Below are positions 1 to 22,231 of a DNA stretch of 48,378 nucleotides, piece by piece. Under the pieces are notes generated by a model that saw nothing but the letters and a program-made list of their open reading frames with translations, did no database searches and was not told the origin of the DNA. This DNA comes from Eledone cirrhosa (lineage: Eukaryota). How positions within the stretch are numbered: position 1 is the first letter of the stretch; every line of letters starts with the position of its first letter. The stretch is from assembly GCA_964016885.1 (NCBI GenBank), contig CAXHJY010000176.1, forward strand, positions 1 through 48,378. The letters run 5' to 3'. A program made the position numbers and the translations under genes.

Positions 1-77
1 ATATATTATACATATATATATACATATATATATATAACATATATATATACAATATATATATATACATATATATATAC

Positions 78-120
<43 letters not shown>

Positions 121-188
121 TATACATATATATATATATTCATATATATATAATTATATATATATACATATATATATATATATGATAT

Positions 189-220
<32 letters not shown>

Positions 221-690
221 TAACATATATATATACATATATATACATATATATATACATATATATATACATATATATATACATATATATATATATATAC
301 ATATATATACATATATATATACACATATATATATATACATATATATATACATATATATATACATATACATATATATATACATATATATTATACATATACA
401 TATATACAATATAATATACATATACATATATATATACATATATACATATACATATACATATATATATACATATACATATATATATACATATACAATATAT
501 ATACATATACATATATATACATATACATAATATATATACATATACATATACATATATATATACATATATATATATATCATATACATATAATATAATATAC
601 ATATACATATATATATACATATACATATATATATACATATACATATATATATACATATACATATATATATACATATACATATATATATAC

Positions 691-737
<47 letters not shown>

Positions 738-983
738 CATATAATATACATATACATATACATATACATATATATACATATATATACATATACATATATA
801 TATACATATACATATATATATACATATACATATATATATACATATACATATATATATACATATATAAATATATATATACATATATATATACATATACATA
901 TATATATATACATATATATATACATACATATATATATATATATATACATATATATATACATATATATATACATATATATATAC

Positions 984-1026
<43 letters not shown>

Positions 1027-1078
1027 CATATATATATACATATAAATATATATATACATATATATAATATACATATAC

Positions 1079-1109
<31 letters not shown>

Positions 1110-1110
1110 C

Positions 1111-1193
<83 letters not shown>

Positions 1194-1194
1194 C

Positions 1195-1250
<56 letters not shown>

Positions 1251-1315
1251 TATATACATATATATATATATATACATATATATATACATATATATATATA
1301 TACATATATATATAC

Positions 1316-1348
<33 letters not shown>

Positions 1349-1438
1349 CATATATATATACATATATATATATATACATATATATATACATATATATATA
1401 ATATACATATATATATATATATATACATATATATATAC

Positions 1439-1473
<35 letters not shown>

Positions 1474-1522
1474 CATATATATATACTATATATATATATA
1501 CATATACATATATATATACATC

Positions 1523-1600
<78 letters not shown>

Positions 1601-1764
1601 ATATATATATATATATATACATATATATATACATATATATATATACATATATATATACATATATATATATACATATATATATACATATATATATATACTA
1701 TATATATATATATACATATATATATACATATACTATATATATATATATACATATATATATATAC

Positions 1765-1797
<33 letters not shown>

Positions 1798-1831
1798 CTA
1801 TATATATAACATATATATAATATATATATAC

Positions 1832-1862
<31 letters not shown>

Positions 1863-1949
1863 CATATATATATACATATATATATACATATATATATACA
1901 TATATATATACATATATATATATACATATATATACATATATATATATAC

Positions 1950-2010
<61 letters not shown>

Positions 2011-2035
2011 TATATATATATACATATATATATAC

Positions 2036-2067
<32 letters not shown>

Positions 2068-2101
2068 CATATATATATACATCTATATATATATATATAC
2101 A

Positions 2102-2172
<71 letters not shown>

Positions 2173-2296
2173 ATATATATATATATATATACATATATAT
2201 AATATATATATATACATATATATATACATATATATATATACATATATATATACATATATATATTATATATACATATATATATATATATAATATATA

Positions 2297-2394
<98 letters not shown>

Positions 2395-2419
2395 CATATA
2401 TATATACATATATATATAC

Positions 2420-2452
<33 letters not shown>

Positions 2453-2761
2453 CATATATATATACATATACATATATATATATATATATACATATATATA
2501 TACATATATATACATATACATATATATATATACATATACATATATATATACATATACATATACATATATATATACATATATATATAAATCATATATATAT
2601 ACATATACATATATATATACATATACATATACTATACATATAATATACATATACATATATATATACATATATATACATATACATATATATATACATATAC
2701 ATATAACATATATATATAACATATACATATATATATACATATATATATAATATATATATAC

Positions 2762-2794
<33 letters not shown>

Positions 2795-2843
2795 CATATA
2801 CATATATATACATATATATATATATACATATACATATATATAC

Positions 2844-2874
<31 letters not shown>

Positions 2875-2915
2875 CATATACATATATATACATATATATA
2901 TATACATATACATAC

Positions 2916-2946
<31 letters not shown>

Positions 2947-2993
2947 CATATACATATATATACATATATATATATACATATACATATATATAC

Positions 2994-3032
<39 letters not shown>

Positions 3033-3065
3033 CATATATATATGTATACATATACATATATATAC

Positions 3066-3098
<33 letters not shown>

Positions 3099-3177
3099 CA
3101 TATACATATATATACATATATATATATACATATATATATATACATATACATAAATATATACATATATTATATATACA

Positions 3178-3213
<36 letters not shown>

Positions 3214-3332
3214 CATATATATACATATATATATATATATACATATATATATACATATATATATACATAAATATATATATACATATATATACATATATAT
3301 ATATATACATATATATATACATAAATATATAC

Positions 3333-3363
<31 letters not shown>

Positions 3364-3535
3364 CATATATATATACATATATATATATATATACATATAT
3401 ATATACATATATATATATATACATATACATATATATATACATATACATATACATATACATATATATATATATATACATATATATATACATATATACATAT
3501 ACATATATATACATATATATACATAATATATATAC

Positions 3536-3566
<31 letters not shown>

Positions 3567-3925
3567 CATATATATATACATATATATATACATATATATA
3601 TATACATATATATATATACATATATATACATATATATATATATACATATATATATACATACATATATATATATATACATATATATATACATATATATATA
3701 CATACATATATACATATATATATACATATATACATATATATACATATATATACATATACTTATATATACATATATATATATATACATATATATACATGTA
3801 CATATATATACATATATATATATATACATATATATACATATACATATATATACATATATATATACATATATATACATATATATATATATATACACATATA
3901 TATATATATATATACATATATATAC

Positions 3926-3956
<31 letters not shown>

Positions 3957-3960
3957 CATA
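1..3960. repeat. Imperfect (TA)n microsatellite array with TACA interruptions
   Basis: Continuous tatata with frequent C substitutions (tataca) on the + strand; the ORFs across it are Y/I/M/C/V repeats. Confidence 0.97.
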
Positions 3961-4172
3961 TAAAATATTAAAAAAATAATGAATAAAACAATGAAACAGT
4001 TACTTATATTAAACAAAAAAAGTTCATTATTTAACGATCGTTTCTAGGATATATATGTGTTAGAATTGGCATGCATATTCAACAGATCTATGTACAAAAT
4101 TATACAAAATTATACAAACTATCAAAATTAAATATACATACACTACCGTAAACTCTTGGTAGATTTATCTAC
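3961..4172 (-). mobile_element. Internally deleted copy of the 44921-45530 pLTR-like module; retains only the 3' half of the hammerhead
   Basis: 3961-4142 is nearly identical to 44925-45097, then jumps to ccgtaaa(c/t)tcttggtagatttatctaca, the end of the 45.5 kb copy. Flanked by TA arrays. Confidence 0.85.
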
Positions 4173-6006
<1,834 letters not shown>

Positions 6007-6013
<7 letters not shown>

Positions 6014-6416
6014 AAGTTAAATAAAAGTCAAATGATTAAAATTTAGCTTCGTTTATTACTGCTATATATATTTCAGTGACAGCCATCTTTGGAGTCATAT
6101 GACTCCAGTTCCCCAGTGAATTAACGACCCAACAAGGAACTGGGCATATCAGAGTATTGACAATATCATACACCTAAACAACATATGTACTTGTCTATAC
6201 CATACTAATTCAAACTGCCTGAAGAGGTCACAGCCAAAGATGGCTGTCACTGAAATATATATAGCAGTAATAAACGAAGCTAAATTTTAATCATTTGACT
6301 TTTATTTAACTTTATTTTACACTACTCCGGAGTAACCAAACCAACCTGCGCACTTCGTCGAGTGCTCCAGCCTGCATACTGAGGTGTTGGTATACAACCA
6401 ACATAAACTCAAAATC
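6007..6416 (+). mobile_element. PLE pseudo-LTR-like fold-back module with 86-bp inverted repeat
   Basis: 6007-6092 is the reverse complement of 6234-6319. A 16-bp palindrome ggagtcatatgactcc lies at 6091-6106. Contains an HHR and sits in (TA)n. Confidence 0.8.
6214..6268 (+). ncRNA. Minimal type I hammerhead ribozyme
   Basis: ACTGC-CTGAAGA-GGT C ACAGCCA aaga TGGCTGT C ACT-GAAA-TATATA-TA^GCAGT: 5-bp stem I, intact core, palindromic stem III, followed directly by AATAAA. Confidence 0.88.
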
Positions 6417-7265
<849 letters not shown>

Positions 7266-8652
7266 ATTCTCTTTTACCTGTTTCAGCCATCCGGCTGAGG
7301 CCATGCTGGGGCACCGCCCTTGTTGCTACACATTTTATCTCCAGCCTGTATAGGTTGGCCACTGGTGTAGGAGGGAGTTTGTTGCTGCTGCCCTTAGGTT
7401 TCCCTCGTGTCTTGCTGTGGGCTCATCCGGGATCCTGGATAACAAGGTGTCGAGATGTTTCTTAAAGACATCCACCTCCACGTCATGCAAGTCTCGCAGA
7501 TGCCTCGGCAGCCTGTTGAAGAGTTGAGGGCCCTTGAATCCCAGGCTATTGCAATACCTGCTCCTTATTCTAGATGTGGAAGACGGGACCTTTGGCACCA
7601 CACAGTGACGTCCTGTTCGACGGTTGGTCCAGCTCCCAATGCCAAAGTTTGGTGCTAGTCCCTCCAGGATTTTCCACATGTAGATCACTGCGTATCTCTC
7701 CCGTCTTCGCTCCAAGGAGTAGAGGTTCAGTTCCTTCAGCCTCTCCCAGTAGCTTGTCTCCCTCATCTTGGCAATCCTCTTGGTGTAGCTTCGCTGGATT
7801 GCCTCAAGCTCTGTGGTTAGTTTGACACTATGGGGTGACCACAGCTGGGAGCAGTAGTCCAGGCGGCTTAGGACAAAAGTCCTCCACAGTGTCAACATGG
7901 TGTCTCGATCTCTTGTAAGGAAAGTCCTCAAGATCCAGCCAGCGAATCGTCTACATGCTGTCGCCACCTTCATGATGTGTGAAGAAAAAGATGCATCATC
8001 GCTCATGTCTATGCCCAGGTCTCGTATTGATTTTGACACGGGGATATCGGTCCCTCCTGGTCCTGTGTAGCTGTGTTCCGCTATATTTGTGTTTGTGTTT
8101 GCAGGTTTGTATTGTAGGGCTTGAAATTTGCCAGCATTAAACTGCATGTTGTTTTCTTCCGCCCATCTGTATATGGCATCCAGATCCTGCTGTAAGAGGG
8201 CAGCGTCAGCCGGGTTTTTGATTGCCTGTGCTACCTTAGTGTCATCAGCATAGCTAGTGAGGGATGTTGTTGCATGCACCACAGAGGGCATGTCCGAGAG
8301 AGCCACCAAAAACAGTAGTGGTCCCAGGACTGTCCCCTGAGGCACCCCACTTGTTATCGGTGTTTCCCTCGAGAGGGCCCCATTTGCTGCGACTGCCTGG
8401 CTTCTGTCCCTCAGGAAGCCATGCAGCCACTCACCTACTTTTCCAGTTATGCCGAGTCCGTGTAGTTTGTGACATATCATTCCGTGGTCGACCTTGTCAA
8501 AGGCCTTCGCAAAGTCAAGATATATCACGTCTACATGTGAGCTGTCTAGTAGCTGTCTCAGTACCCAGTCGTAGTGATGTAGCAGCTGTGTAAGGCAGCT
8601 TCTTCCTGGGCGGAAGCCATGTTGCGTGCTAGTCAGGCGGTCATTTTCTTCG
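7266..8652 (-). mobile_element. 5'-truncated CR1-group LINE retrotransposon inserted in (TA)n
   Basis: RT ORF followed by a short 3' UTR ggcggtgccccagcatggcc-tcagcc ggat ggctga-aacaggtaaaagag with a stem-loop; TA arrays on both sides. Confidence 0.92.
7335..8651 (-). pseudogene. CR1-type reverse transcriptase, C-terminal part (open frame, 5'-truncated)
   Basis: [58 protein letters not shown] and [19 protein letters not shown] motifs. The frame continues upstream of the ORF-track start at 8528. Confidence 0.92.
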
Positions 8653-11782
<3,130 letters not shown>

Positions 11783-11785
11783 AAT

Positions 11786-11824
<39 letters not shown>

Positions 11825-12000
11825 AATATATAGAGAGAGAGAGAGGGAGAGAGAGTGGGGTATAACAAGATATCCTTAAATGTAATCCGATTAGAGGTTG
11901 TGAAACTCCTTATCATGGAATAGTTTAAGCGTACGGGGTTGTATGACTCAACAAGAGGTTTATCTTATGTTGTTTATTACCTAACTATATATATATATAT

Positions 12001-12188
12001 ATTTTGTTTCTACTTTTGGCACAAGGCCAGCAATTAACCAGTGTATTACTGGTACTTTATTTTATCGACCCCGGAAGGATGAAAGGCAAAGTTAACCTCG
12101 GCGGGATTTGAACTCAGATCATAAAGGGCCGTAACTCTTTGCTGCAAAGCATGGCGTCTGACCCTCTACCGATACTGCCAATACACCG
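12001..12188 (-). mobile_element. tRNA-derived SINE (octopus-like)
   Basis: Minus strand A box TGGCAGTATCGG (12180-12169) and B box GAGTTCAAATCC (12115-12104), central gcctttcatccttccggggtcgataaaataaagtaccag block and tail ttgctggccttgtgccaaaagtagaaac. The family resemblance is from memory. Confidence 0.8.
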
Positions 12189-12209
12189 AAACAACATACG
12201 ACAATTAAA

Positions 12210-12272
12210 TAATGGACCAATGGTTTCTTGAAGAGCTTGACGCGTATGTCTGTCTTCATTCATCAGAAAAAA
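12210..12272 (-). ncRNA. Degenerate hammerhead motif (family of the 33.2 kb HHR)
   Basis: Minus strand CTGATGA-a TGAAGA...TCTTCA a-GAAA-CCATTGG-TC with an intact core but no stem I pairing. Shares tgaagacagacata and the downstream tatgttgttt with 33190-33281. Confidence 0.55.
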
Positions 12273-12613
12273 TTTATTATTGAACGTGATATGGATTTGA
12301 AACAGAGTTTAGGATCAATGAAAGTGAGGCTGAAATAAAATAACGGGCATAAATTGAAGGGAAAAAATATAAATATCCAGATACATAAACATACACAGAC
12401 ACAAACTAACGCATATACGTAATAGTACTTAAACTTATACATTCACACATATGTATATGTGCGTCTACATGGAAATACAAATACACACATATACGTGCGA
12501 TCTTTCGCTCATATATGCACACACACAGGCACACAAACACACACTACTAAAAAGCTATGTAGCCTACATAGAGCACTCTCTTTTCCTTTACCTTTCCTAC
12601 GGAAAAATTTCAT

Positions 12614-12644
<31 letters not shown>

Positions 12645-12645
12645 A

Positions 12646-13073
12646 AAAAAAACGAAAAATCAGTGATGCATCTGGACTCAGTTTATTGCGTGTTACAAAT
12701 GTTTCGCCGGCAGGTAGCTCGAGACATAATCACTTTATGGATTTTGCTGATTCTACGGCTGCAGGTTCCTTCGGACACGAATAGTTCGTTCGGAGCAAAT
12801 TTTCTCACTGCCATTGGCTGTTGTTATTCTACGTAGAATAACAACAGCCAATGGAATGACAAGAGTGGAAGATGTTTTTTGAAGGTGGGTTTTTTTGACG
12901 ATAACACCCCAGTTAGAAAATTTGCTCCGAACGAACTACCCGTGTCTGAAGGAACCTGCAACCGTAGAATCAGCCAGATCCATAAAGTGATCATGTCTCG
13001 GGCTACCTACCGACGAAACAATTGTAACACGCAATAAACTGAGTCCATATGCATCACTGATTTTTCTTTTTTT
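12646..13073. mobile_element. Fold-back pLTR-like module: about 160-bp inverted arms plus 44-bp perfect palindrome
   Basis: About 12646-12810 is the diverged reverse complement of about 12910-13073. Perfect palindrome ccattggctgttgttattctac|gtagaataacaacagccaatgg at 12811-12854. Confidence 0.85.
12941..13031 (+). ncRNA. Hammerhead-like motif with long irregular stem II (inverted copy at 12689-12779, minus strand)
   Basis: CGTGT-CTGAAGG(A)-about 60 nt-GAAA-CAATTG-TA^ACACG then cAATAAA: perfect 5-bp stem I and palindromic stem III. Core position 9 is atypical and the base of stem II pairs poorly. Confidence 0.6.
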
Positions 13074-14035
13074 AATACTATCCACACTCAACTCTGTATG
13101 AATATTGAGTGCTAATTTTGGCATACCGCCTATGGAAGCACCATAGCTACCATTATACACAAGTATATATATAAATATAATCCCAAACATGTTATGTTCT
13201 CGTCAGACAAAATGCATAGGAGATGCAGGATTCTTTTGATTATACGGTCAAGCGAGCTGGACAGATCGGTGACAACCAAGCATAAGATTAGAAAAAAAAT
13301 AACCGAGCGCAGATGTTATGTGAGTGGGAGAAAAAACAGTTGGACCTAACGTTTTTGAAATTTAAAATATGGCGTAATTAGATTGGTAAAATAAAAATGA
13401 AGACCGTTAGACAGTTTATATGTTACTTATATTAGCTTAAAATAGATATCATACTAAATATTAATATATATATTATACCAAAGAAAGAATATTCTATGAT
13501 GCAAGAATCATATTGTAACTAAATAATACAGAAGAAAAATTAGGATTATAAAATCCAAAGGTAAATCATTTTTTTTCTGCATAATTTCTATTGGTATTAT
13601 GAGTGGAAATATATTTAACAATTGGTATGGCTTTCGTTATATAACTGATATGGTTAGAATGATATAAGATAAATTATTTAGTTCAAAAGAAGAGATGTAA
13701 TTACTATGGTCTAATTTATGCAACAATTCAACAATTATATTTAAGTAGGTATTGTACGAATAGAGGAAAATATTAACTATTGGAGTAACTATTACTATAA
13801 GAAAAGATGTATGTATTATAGCTTAGTTTATCAATTTATATTAAATTTAATTTACTTATATATTAACTAAAGACAAGGTAAACGAAAAGGTTATAATGAA
13901 AAAGAAAATTAGTTTACTTATTTTGTCTATTCGTTTATTTTCTATTTAAAGATAAAAAAATCAATCACTTGTAGATTATATAAAGAAATATTTCTTATTC
14001 AATTTTTTTTATTAGGTTTAAATAAAAACTCTATG

Positions 14036-14075
<40 letters not shown>

Positions 14076-14080
14076 CAATT

Positions 14081-14191
14081 CATGTTTCAATGACGATAGA
14101 TCTTCAGACAGCATATATATATATATATATATATATATATGCTGTAGGAAGAAATCACTATATCTATCGTCATTGAAATATGTATAACGGC
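14081..14191. ncRNA. Divergent pair of defective hammerhead motifs separated by (TA)n
   Basis: + copy 14141-14191: GCTGT-aggAAGA-AAT C AC..GT C ATT-GAAA-TATGTA-TA^ACGGC with mutated core. - copy 14112-14081 keeps CTGAAGA but has lost the 5' arm of stem II. Confidence 0.6.
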
Positions 14192-14307
14192 TCAATTAAT
14201 ACGGGACCCTAACATCTTCAACTTCGTATTTTCCTCTTTATTAATATACTCTGTCATCCTTGTTTTTAGGAAGTAACATGACGTTGAGTGCTAGACATGT
14301 GCATACC

Positions 14308-14633
14308 TTCAAAAAAGATACTATGCACACGTCGCTTCCTTTCGACACCAGGATAAAAAAAATACGGCGCTGGCAAAAAGAGTGTGGGAGATGAAAGAGC
14401 GTGGGATCCCATATGAAATTGATTGGTCTATTTTAGACCAATCTATAGAATATATTAAAGGCACAAGAAGGTGTACCTTGTGCGCAACAGAAAAATATAG
14501 AATTCTACAAAATCTGAAATCTCCCAACACCTGTCTTAACTCTAATTCTGAGATATTTAAATTTTGCCCACATATAAGAACTCACCTCCTTTCTCGGTAT
14601 AAAAACACCATTTTGGACACTTATACACATTGA
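14308..14633 (+). pseudogene. Penelope-like element GIY-YIG endonuclease, C-terminal fragment
   Basis: KRYYAHVASFRH..TALAKRVWEMK..IDWSIL..CTLCATEKYRIL..LNSNSEIFKFCPH; highly similar to the 33295-33591 ORF. Confidence 0.88.
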
Positions 14634-14962
14634 ACACTCTCTCCTTTTCACACATTCAACACTTATTTTATATTACACATTGAACACCCTTTCTTACTTT
14701 AAACACTATGGACCTTTATCAAACATTCAACACTTATATAAAGCCCTTATTTATATTACATCTATTTTATTCATTTCTTCTTTTCCCTTACTTTTACCTT
14801 AAACAATCTCTCTTACTTTACATATTCAACACTTATTTTATTTTACTTTATTTTATACTTATTTTACATATTCAGTTTTTCACTTCATCTTTTCCTGAAC
14901 ATTCTCTCTTATTTTACCACCATTGGCCTTTATCACATACTTTCAACAACAAAATATGTTTA

Positions 14963-15396
14963 CAGCTCTGTTCTATACATAGACACTCGATTTTTCCTTT
15001 GCTTTCTCTTCGTAATCACCTAACATATTTTTATATATATTTTATGCATATATATATGTATATATATGTATGTGTGCATGTGTGCATGTGTATGTGTATG
15101 CATATATATATATGTATTTATATATATATATATGTATGTGTGTATGTATGTGTATATATATATATATGTATGTGTGTGTATGTGTGTGTGTGTGTATATA
15201 TATATTTATATATACGTGGTTGCGTTTGTATGTATATATGTATTTATGTGTGTGGTTATCTGCGTGTGTTCATTTGTATTTTTGCACGCTCCAAGCTGCT
15301 TATACTTCCACTGGACACATACATGTATCTGTTTGTTGTTTTGCGTATATGATTGTATTTATGTGTAGCTATGTGTGACGTCTCCGTATCATTTCG

Positions 15397-15433
<37 letters not shown>

Positions 15434-16130
15434 TCGCGTATGTATGTTTTTGCAGACTAGTGTGTCTATACACCTGTGTGTGTGTGTGTGTTCGCGTATG
15501 TATGTTTTTGCAGACTAGTGTGTCTATACACCTGTGTCTGTGCCATATATACATATATATGTATATATGCATGTATATGTATGTATATATCTATATGATA
15601 TATGTGAGTGTGTATATGTATTTGTATATGTATATATGCATATGTTTTTATATGTGTGTGTATGTGTGTGTATCTGTATATATGCGTATGTATATGTGTA
15701 TGTCCGTGTACATGTATGTTTGTATATATATATATATGTATATATACAGGTATGTATATATACATATATATATATTTCCTTTTATCAGAATGTGTGTATG
15801 TGTGTGTATATGTATGTACACATGTCTTTTTCTATATTGCTATATATTTTTATTGTTATATATTATTTTTCTTACCCTTCTTTCCTTACGTATATTTCCC
15901 CTTATTTTTCCAGCCTCACTTCCAATTTTTAACAGATTTTAAATCTCATTTCACATCTTTTTTCTATAACATCTCTGTCTGACGACCGATCCAGACGTAT
16001 ATATTATTGTCGTCTGACATTTGGTAATGGAGTAGTTATATTTTGTGTTGTTCAATTTCTAATTAAATAGCTCTGTTCTATACATAGAGCAGTCTTTTTT
16101 CCTTTGCTCTTCCTTCCGAATTACCTAACA
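14963..16130 (+). repeat. About 68-bp direct repeat (14963-15030 and 16068-16130), probable pLTR tails, flanking TG/TA low-complexity DNA
   Basis: agctctgttctatacataga...cctttgct...cacctaacat/tacctaacat occurs twice. There is also an internal duplication of about 58 bp near 15420-15537. Confidence 0.6.
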
Positions 16131-16366
16131 TATATATATATATATAGACACACACAAACACAAACACACACACACACATATATATATATATGACCAAAGA
16201 TTAATATGATTCATTGATTACTCAATGAATATAGTTTTATAATAGATTAAAAGCACTCTACGGTGATGTTTTCTGGAGTTAGTAATATTATTCAAAATAT
16301 TAATAAATGAATACGTTCACATAATCAAAATATATGTTTTATTATACATATTTCGGAGGTACTGTG

Positions 16367-20002
<3,636 letters not shown>

Positions 20003-20270
20003 GTGACTATCCGGGAGCTTCCAAAAGGAATGGTTGAATTCTTTAAGGGTATGTCAATATTTATTTATAAAACTGCTCTATATTATATTTTATCTGATGA
20101 AAGCACACCATAATGTAACTTGGTGTCCTTGAAATATGTATAATGAAATAAATATGGTTTCATAAATATAGTTTCCTTTTGTTAATATCGTATTTTTACT
20201 CCAATTATTTGTTGAGTGCTTTATATCAGTTATAAAAATATTTGCTTGTTGTATCCAACAATTTAAATAG
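20003..20270 (+). mobile_element. HHR-containing non-coding module, homologous to 21945-22200
   Basis: Shared atgtcaa..ataaaac..ttttatct.atga..ccttgaaatat.tataat..aataaatatggttt..atagtttcc..gttgagtgct..tcagttataaa blocks. Confidence 0.75.
20086..20150 (+). ncRNA. Minimal type I hammerhead ribozyme
   Basis: TATTTTAT-CTGATGA-AAG C ACACCA taatgtaact TGGTGT C CTT-GAAA-TATGTA-TA^ATGAAATA; 8-bp stem I with one GU pair. Confidence 0.85.
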
Positions 20271-20974
20271 AACTTTTACATATATATATATTTTGTTTCT
20301 GAATTTGTTTAGCAAGATTCTTTATCTGAAAACGTGTGTTGAAACCGATATTGTTATAAATTTATAAAATGAATCTATAATAAATTGAAGTGAAACAACT
20401 GGTGCGTGTGTTTCTTATTGGCAACATAACCCTCCCAAAACATAACATATATATATATATATATATATATAAATGTAAGTCCAAAGAATCAGATAAAATA
20501 TATACAGTATTTCCTCTCCCAATCAGTATAAATCAACCACACAATAAAAAATTTAAACAAGGCTATAAGTTTAAAATGTACTTATGAAGAAATAATAGAC
20601 AAATGATATAGCTTCTTTTCTACGATGTACAGCACATGATATTTTCCTAATATGCCTTCTAGCCTTAAAATAATGTAGGAACTTAAAATATTAAATATAT
20701 ATATTAAAAATATTATAAATATTAGAGGTTAAAAAATTCCTGAAATATTAAAAATATTAAAAATATTAAAAAATATTAAAAAATATAAAAGAATTATTAA
20801 AGAAATATAAAAAAAAATATTAAAAATATTAAAAATATTAAAAATATAAAAAAATTTACATTAACATTTTTTAAAGAAAATAGGATCATTTTGAAGGTTT
20901 ATAGGGATATTATAAATTAAAAATAGTTCTGAATGTGGAATTTTGGCGATGTTTGCAAGAAGAAAATAATTCTG

Positions 20975-21069
20975 TTCTGAGATTAATAGAGTTTTGACAT
21001 TCTGAGATTAATAGAGTTTTGACATTCTGAGATTAATAGAGTTTTGACATTCTGAGATTAATAGAGTTT
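20975..21069. repeat. 25-bp tandem repeat x3.8
   Basis: Identical ttctgagattaatagagttttgaca units at 20975, 21000 and 21025, partial at 21050. Confidence 0.92.
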
Positions 21070-22020
21070 ATATTAAATATAATATATTTATAATATTTTT
21101 AATATATATATTTAATATTTTAATTTCCTACATTATTTTAATTCTGAAATTATTTTTAATTCCGACATTCTTTTTGTAAGGACAACCCTATAAATATATT
21201 TTAAATGTAGATTGATAATCTTTAAATGACGTTCTGAAAATGTATCCCCTTTAAGAAAGTTCTTCGAAAAACACATTACATTTTTCCTCTCTCTTTTTGT
21301 TATCCAAACATTCACACATCTTTCGACTAAAATAATGTATCTCACACAAAATAATATATCATTTTTTCTCTAATTTAATGGTTAACAAACAAAATTGGAG
21401 TTATCTTTCCTTTCTCAATCGTTGCAAACAAACATTCTTCTCAATCGTGCAAACATAACGATTTTATGTTTTATAATCTATATAGCTTCGTTAAATTAAC
21501 AATATTCTGAAAACATTCTCAATGTTGAACAAAATTTTGAATCCACAAATTGTTCTACTCTCACAATTTGAACCACCTATTTTTTAAGTAAAATACAAAT
21601 TCAAATTCCTTCGTAACTCATATTTGATATATAAACAATTAATACATACCCAATTTATTAATATATATATAGATATTTATATACATATAACCTATTCTTA
21701 TAATCTAATTGATTATATATATAATATTATAACTCATAATATAGGTAAACAAATCTTTTCCCCAAAACTAACGTAAACACTAGCCCTTCTCCCTTTCTCT
21801 TCTTTCCTACGCATACAATAACTTATCATAAGTATTTAAATTTTCCATAGCGTCTAAAATAACATTTTTTTCAGCCCTTTTACATAAACCTCATTTGCAT
21901 ACTCGTCTTAATAATTTGAAATATCTGTCTTTTATTCTCTTCCCTTCACTATCCTGGGATAACTTGAACCATTAAGGTATATTATCCTTGGTTATGTCAA
22001 ATATTAATAAAACATTTTGT

Positions 22021-22080
22021 ATTTTATCTCATGATAGCGTACCAAAATTTTGGTACCCTTGAAATATATATAATCGAATA
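22021..22080 (+). ncRNA. Hammerhead motif with G5C core mutation (probably inactive)
   Basis: ATTTTAT-CTcATGA-TAG C GTACCA aaattt TGGTAC C CTT-GAAA-TATATA-TA^ATCGAAT; stem II shows compensatory changes relative to the 20.1 kb copy. Confidence 0.75.
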
Positions 22081-22231
22081 AATATGGTTTTATAAATTAT
22101 AGTTTCCATTTATTTAATATCATTGTATATTATGCTCCAGAAAATCTGTTGAGTGCTCTGAATCAGTTATAAACATTTATATTTGTTGAACAAATTAAAT
22201 ATCCCTTCTGCTTATATATATATATATATAT

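Noticed and set aside
12104-12180. A and B boxes as a tRNA gene
   Set aside because: No cloverleaf; the sequence continues into a SINE body and tail.
13175-13212. Minus strand CTGACGA-GAACAT aac ATGTTT-GGGA
   Set aside because: GAAA is replaced by GGGA and there is no stem I or III.
13200-14035. AT-rich unique stretch (similar at 21070-21940) as possible host exons
   Set aside because: No credible ORF or recognisable protein similarity visible.
15975-16030. CTGACGA followed by a CAGACG/CGTCTG hairpin
   Set aside because: No GAAA or cleavage triplet after the stem; at best a decayed HHR.
20320-20362. CTGAAAA..GAAA motif
   Set aside because: Core mismatch and weak stems; expected by chance in AT-rich DNA.
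20975-21069. 25-bp identical repeats as a possible CRISPR array
   Set aside because: No spacers, no cas genes and a eukaryotic context; a simple tandem repeat.
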